DNA of 64,000 nucleotides from an uncultured bacterium (GTDB lineage Bacteria; Acidobacteriota; HRBIN11; JAKEFK01): NCBI GenBank assembly GCA_963777505.1, contig CAVZQN010000001.1, positions 224,001 to 288,000 of the forward strand, read 5' to 3'. Shown piece by piece: positions 59,726 to 64,000 of this stretch (position 1 is its first letter; each line of letters starts with the position of its first letter). The notes under the pieces were generated by a model. It saw only the letters and a program-made list of their open reading frames with translations, ran no database searches and was not told where the DNA came from. The position numbers and the translations under genes were made by a program.

Positions 59726-62700
59726 TCAACCATTTTGCTTTCGTTTCTCCATCCAATAGTAAACTGCCGGAAGTACAAGCATGGTTAATGCTGTAGACGT
59801 AATCAATCCTCCAATCACTACTGTGGCAAGTGGGCGCTGCACTTCTGCGCCTGTTCCAGTAGAAACCGCCATTGGAACAAATCCAAGACTTGCAACAAGG
59901 GCTGTCATCAACACAGGTCTCAAACGGAGTAGCGTACCTTGATGGATTGTTTCTCTTAAGTGCATCCCGGCGTTTTCAAGACGCAACTGATTCAAAAATG
60001 TAATCAACACGACTCCATTTAATACGGCAACTCCGGATACAGCAATAAAACCGATTCCAGCGCTCATAGAAAAATGCATGTTTCGAAGCAGCAACATTAA
60101 AATCCCTCCAGTGACAGCAAAAGGAATTCCTGTGAAAACCAGAAGTGCTTGTTTAAAGGAATGAAATGTTGTGAAGAGCAAAAAGAGGATTAGAAGAAAT
60201 GTGACAGGAAGAACGACTAAAAGACGATTGCGTCCGCTTTCCAAATGTTCAAAGGTCCCACCCCACTCAATCGTATATCCTGTGGGCAACTTCACTTCAT
60301 TTTGTACTTTAAGTCGCGCATCGTTTACAAAAGACCCAATGTCCGTACCCCGAATATTCGCTTCAACGCTGATCAATCGCTGCCCATTTTCCCGGCTAAT
60401 TTCTGCCGGACCTTCTTTGCTCTCAATTTTTGCAAGATGACGTAAAGGAATCAGTTCATTTTTAGATCCGCCCACCAACAAAGCGCCAATGGTTTCCTCA
60501 TCCTTTGAGGCCGCTACAGGGAACCGCACCATCAAATCAAAGTTCATAAATCCTTCATAGATTTTCCCCACCTGCGTTCCGGCAACTGCGGATTGAATTA
60601 CGGAATGCACATCCTCAACGTTGATTCCATAATTCGCGATCGCATCACGATCGATTTGAATTTCAAGCACAGGAAGTCCATGCACTTGTTGAACTTTAAT
60701 GTCTTCGCCGCCTTTAACTTCTCCTAAAGCTGCTGCTACTTGATTTGCGCTTCGTGACAACTGATCCATATCGTCACCAAAAATTTTAACAACAACATCA
60801 GAACGTGCTCCTGTTCCTTCAATTAACTCCATCATTCTGAATTTGATCGGCTGTGAAAATGAAGCCGCTACACCTGGCACTGTCTCCATCACTTCTGACA
60901 TTTCATCTACAATTTTTTCCTTCGTTTTTCCTCTTCGCCATTCCGATTTTTTCTTTAGATATACATATGTATCAGCCATATCGGGCCCCATCGGATCGGT
61001 AGCAATTTCAGGTCGTCCAATTCGGCTAACCACGGTTTGCACTTCAGGAATTTCCTTTAAAGCCTTCTCAATCAGGGTTGTCTGACGTATGGATTCTGTT
61101 AAAGACACACTTTTTATCCGGACATGATTAATAGCAACAGCGCCTTCATCGAGTTCTGGAAGAAATTCAGAACCAAGAAGTGGAAATAGCGCAACACAGC
61201 CAATCACAAAAATCAAAGCTACAGTTACCGTAAGGCCCTGATGCTGTAGTGTTTTCTCAAGAAATGGCTCATACACTTTTTCCAGAAAATTCATGAGTTT
61301 GTTTTTGCCTTCTTTACGCTCTTTTAAGAAAATCGCACAGAGCGCAGGAATGAGTGTGAAGCTAAGAATCAAAGCACCTGAAAGCGCAAGGATTACCGTG
61401 AATGCCATCGGGCGAAACATCTTCCCTTCAATTCCCGTTAGAGACACGATAGGTATATAAGCTGCGATGATAATGAGTTCCCCAAACTGACTTGCAGAAC
61501 GAACTTCAACCGTGCTTCGAAAAATCGTTTCGATTCGTTCCTCTTTTGACAAAGCTCTTCCAATTGATTTTGTCTTTTCCGAAAGATGTCTTACACAGTT
61601 TTCTACGATGATTACGGCGCCATCCACAATCAAACCAAAATCGATTGCTCCGAGGCTCATTAAGTTGGCAGAAACGCCAAAATAATTCATCCCGATAATT
61701 GCAAAAAGCATGGACAATGGTATTGCGGAAGAAACAATCAGCCCGGCTCGTAGCTGCATCAGAAACAAGAAAAGAACTGCAATGACAAGCACTCCGCCTT
61801 CGATCAAATTCTTGCCGGCGGTGTTAATCGTTTGGCTGACAAGTTCGCTTCGATCGGCGAATGGATAGATTTTGACGCCTGGAGGCAGAGAGGGTTCAAT
61901 TTCCTTGAGTCTCTGTTTGACTCGATCCGTTACTGTTCTGCTGTTTTCGCCTTTCAAAAGCATTGTCATTCCAACAACAGTCTCACCTTGCCCATCACGA
62001 GTCGCAGCACCTTGTCTGATTTCTGATCCGATTGATACAGCCGCCAAATCAGCTATATGAATCGCAACTCCGTCTCTAGTTTCGACAACAACTTTTTCAA
62101 TATCCGAAACAGACTGAATTAAACCGACGCCGCGCAAAAGTTGCTGCTCTCCAGCTTTTTCAATGTAAGCACCTCCGGCATTTGAATTATTTTTTTTCAA
62201 TGCCTCAAAAACTTGTTGAAGCGAAATCTTGTGACTTACAAGCTTGTCTGGATTTACACGCACTTCGTATTGTTTTGCTTTTCCACCATAACTGTTTACT
62301 TCAACAACTCCAGGAATTGTTCTGAGCTCTGGTTTAATAAACCAGTCAAGCAATGTCCTTAGATCTTGAAGAGAGTACTTACCTGCAACACTCTGATCGG
62401 CTTCAATCGTAAATTGATAAATTTCTCCCAATCCTGTGCTGATTGGCGCAAGCTCTGGGGTAATTCCTTCAGGTAATTCTTCTTTCGCTTCCAAAAGCCG
62501 TTCCAATACCATTTGCCGTGCCCAATAAATATCAGTTTTCTCTTGAAACGTAATCGTTACTTGAGAAAGCCCAAATTGAGAAATTGAACGGATTTCTTCC
62601 TTTTCTGGCAGATTGCTCATTGCAACTTCGATAGGAAATGTGACATATTTTTCCATTTCCAATGGAGCAAACGCGGGAGCTAGAGTATTGATTTGTACCT

Positions 62701-62839
62701 GGTTTGTTGTTACGTCCGGGACTGCATCAATGGGAAGTTTCGCAGCAGAATACAAACCCGCGAGAACCAGAAGGACTCCCAAAAGACAAATCAAAATTCG
62801 ATAGTGAAGACTGAAACGAATTATGCGATCGATTATCAT
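59726..62839 (-). CDS. czcA: CusA/CzcA family heavy-metal RND efflux pump
   Basis: LPIDAVPDVT, GLGEIYQ, ANLMSLGAIDFGLIVDG, RLRPVLMTA, GAEVQRPLA. Confidence 0.93.
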   Translation of the reverse strand: MIIDRIIRFSLHYRILICLLGVLLVLAGLYSAAKLPIDAVPDVTTNQVQINTLAPAFAPLEMEKYVTFPIEVAMSNLPEKEEIRSISQFGLSQVTITFQEKTDIYWARQMVLERLLEAKEELPEGITPELAPISTGLGEIYQFTIEADQSVAGKYSLQDLRTLLDWFIKPELRTIPGVVEVNSYGGKAKQYEVRVNPDKLVSHKISLQQVFEALKKNNSNAGGAYIEKAGEQQLLRGVGLIQSVSDIEKVVVETRDGVAIHIADLAAVSIGSEIRQGAATRDGQGETVVGMTMLLKGENSRTVTDRVKQRLKEIEPSLPPGVKIYPFADRSELVSQTINTAGKNLIEGGVLVIAVLFLFLMQLRAGLIVSSAIPLSMLFAIIGMNYFGVSANLMSLGAIDFGLIVDGAVIIVENCVRHLSEKTKSIGRALSKEERIETIFRSTVEVRSASQFGELIIIAAYIPIVSLTGIEGKMFRPMAFTVILALSGALILSFTLIPALCAIFLKERKEGKNKLMNFLEKVYEPFLEKTLQHQGLTVTVALIFVIGCVALFPLLGSEFLPELDEGAVAINHVRIKSVSLTESIRQTTLIEKALKEIPEVQTVVSRIGRPEIATDPMGPDMADTYVYLKKKSEWRRGKTKEKIVDEMSEVMETVPGVAASFSQPIKFRMMELIEGTGARSDVVVKIFGDDMDQLSRSANQVAAALGEVKGGEDIKVQQVHGLPVLEIQIDRDAIANYGINVEDVHSVIQSAVAGTQVGKIYEGFMNFDLMVRFPVAASKDEETIGALLVGGSKNELIPLRHLAKIESKEGPAEISRENGQRLISVEANIRGTDIGSFVNDARLKVQNEVKLPTGYTIEWGGTFEHLESGRNRLLVVLPVTFLLILFLLFTTFHSFKQALLVFTGIPFAVTGGILMLLLRNMHFSMSAGIGFIAVSGVAVLNGVVLITFLNQLRLENAGMHLRETIHQGTLLRLRPVLMTALVASLGFVPMAVSTGTGAEVQRPLATVVIGGLITSTALTMLVLPAVYYWMEKRKQNG

Positions 62840-62850
62840 TGGTCCTCCCT

Positions 62851-64000
62851 CTAATGGCCGTGCTCATCTGAACCAATTTCTGCTTTCAAGAATTCGGACT
62901 TCAATGAAAAACTTCCATCGGTTACTAATGTTTCGCCTACTTTCAAGCCGGAAAGGACTTCAATCTCAGACTCCTTCTTTTCACCCGTTTCAATATTTCT
63001 TATAACAAAGTGATGTTCATCACTCCTGACAAACACTACAGGCTTGTGGTCAATTTCCTGGACCGCAATAGCTGGAATCAACAAAGCCTGGCGTGTTTGT
63101 GAAGTTGGTATCATTACATGAACAAACATTTCCAGTTTTAATCGTGTATTTGGATTTGCAACTTCACATCGAACCTTGACTGTTCTTGTAGAAACATCAA
63201 GCATGTCACCGATCTTTGTAATGGTCCCTGAGAAAATTTCATTCGGATACGCATCGGACCGAATCTCGGTTTTTTGATTGGGCCTCACCAGAGTCAGGTC
63301 CGTTTCATGCACATTTGCTTCGACCCAAATACGTGACAGATCAGCGATTGTCAATAATTCCCTCTCCGGATCGACAACTTCACCAGTTGCCGCATCGAAA
63401 TGGATGAGAACTCCATTTGCAGGAGAGCGTAGAATGCTAACAGGTAACTTTGAGGATTCTGTACTCGCAGATTCCCTCAACTGGGAAGGCACGATATTGT
63501 AACGTTGAAGCTTGAATTCTATATTCTGAATTTGAGCGAGTGAATTTTGGTGATCTGCTTTCCGTTTTTCATATTCAGAACGTGGTAACGCCCCAATTGA
63601 AGAAAGATGCTCGGCTCTTTTGAGTGCTTGTTCCGAAACTGAAGCGCTTGCATGAGCCTTTACATAATCGTTCTGTAATTCTCCCAGCTCAACATAATCG
63701 AATGCGATCAAAGACTGACCTTTCGTCACAGCACTTCCCGGAGTTACAAAAATCCTATCGATTCTTCCATTTGCCAGCGGACGGAGGTGAAAAACTCGTG
63801 ATTCGTCAGAAACAACTTTTCCACTTGCACGAAGTAAATTCGTAATCTGACCTTCACGAACTTTCTCAAACTTTAGACCCGCCTTTTGCTGGGCCTCTGT
63901 TGTAATTTCTAGAATCCCAGCTTCATCGTGATGTTCTTCTTCTTCATGCTTCGTACTTTTTTCCTGACTGCTACATGCATAAACCGTTAAACAAAGAATC
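62851..64000 (-). CDS. czcB: CusB/CzcB family RND membrane fusion protein (5' partial)
   Basis: Frame stays open from the window edge: lipobox VYAC, His/Glu-rich KHEEEEHHDE, RSPANG, IADLSRIWV, TRTVKVR, GL..GE..V..G. Confidence 0.85.
   Translation of the reverse strand, partial: ILCLTVYACSSQEKSTKHEEEEHHDEAGILEITTEAQQKAGLKFEKVREGQITNLLRASGKVVSDESRVFHLRPLANGRIDRIFVTPGSAVTKGQSLIAFDYVELGELQNDYVKAHASASVSEQALKRAEHLSSIGALPRSEYEKRKADHQNSLAQIQNIEFKLQRYNIVPSQLRESASTESSKLPVSILRSPANGVLIHFDAATGEVVDPERELLTIADLSRIWVEANVHETDLTLVRPNQKTEIRSDAYPNEIFSGTITKIGDMLDVSTRTVKVRCEVANPNTRLKLEMFVHVMIPTSQTRQALLIPAIAVQEIDHKPVVFVRSDEHHFVIRNIETGEKKESEIEVLSGLKVGETLVTDGSFSLKSEFLKAEIGSDEHGH

Overview
Gene-dense bacterial chromosomal window, probably Acidobacteriota (inferred from the duplicated orphan permease and the ECF/anti-sigma cassette). 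The left half is housekeeping and metabolism: S9 peptidase, ArnT-like glycosyltransferase, aryl-CoA ligase, ogt/alkA, modBC, a polyamine uptake/catabolism cluster (potABCD, aldehyde dehydrogenase, gabT, patA), a LytS/LytTR pair, an ECF sigma cassette and a PilT-family ATPase. An accessory block around tRNA-Leu(GAG) (about 34.4-45.1 kb) holds the best novelty candidates: (i) a 126-aa protein ending in five (V/T)GPC repeats, directly followed by a JmjC/cupin Fe(II)/2OG oxygenase whose metal motif reads HxG instead of HxD, a candidate RiPP-like system with a possible peptide halogenase; (ii) a fatty acyl-AMP ligase / unknown protein / ACP / AspH-family hydroxylase cassette; (iii) effector-like proteins with a peptidoglycan-binding domain or an HExxH domain (plus a possible immunity gene) that share an N-terminal motif with the GPC precursor. 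Two genes split by the ORF track are better read as selenoproteins (BCP peroxiredoxin TPGU; exported thioredoxin-fold UxxC), each with a SECIS-like hairpin. Several single-base frameshifts suggest assembly indels. Intergenic space is rich in REP-like palindromes. All calls come from manual motif reading; no database searches were run.
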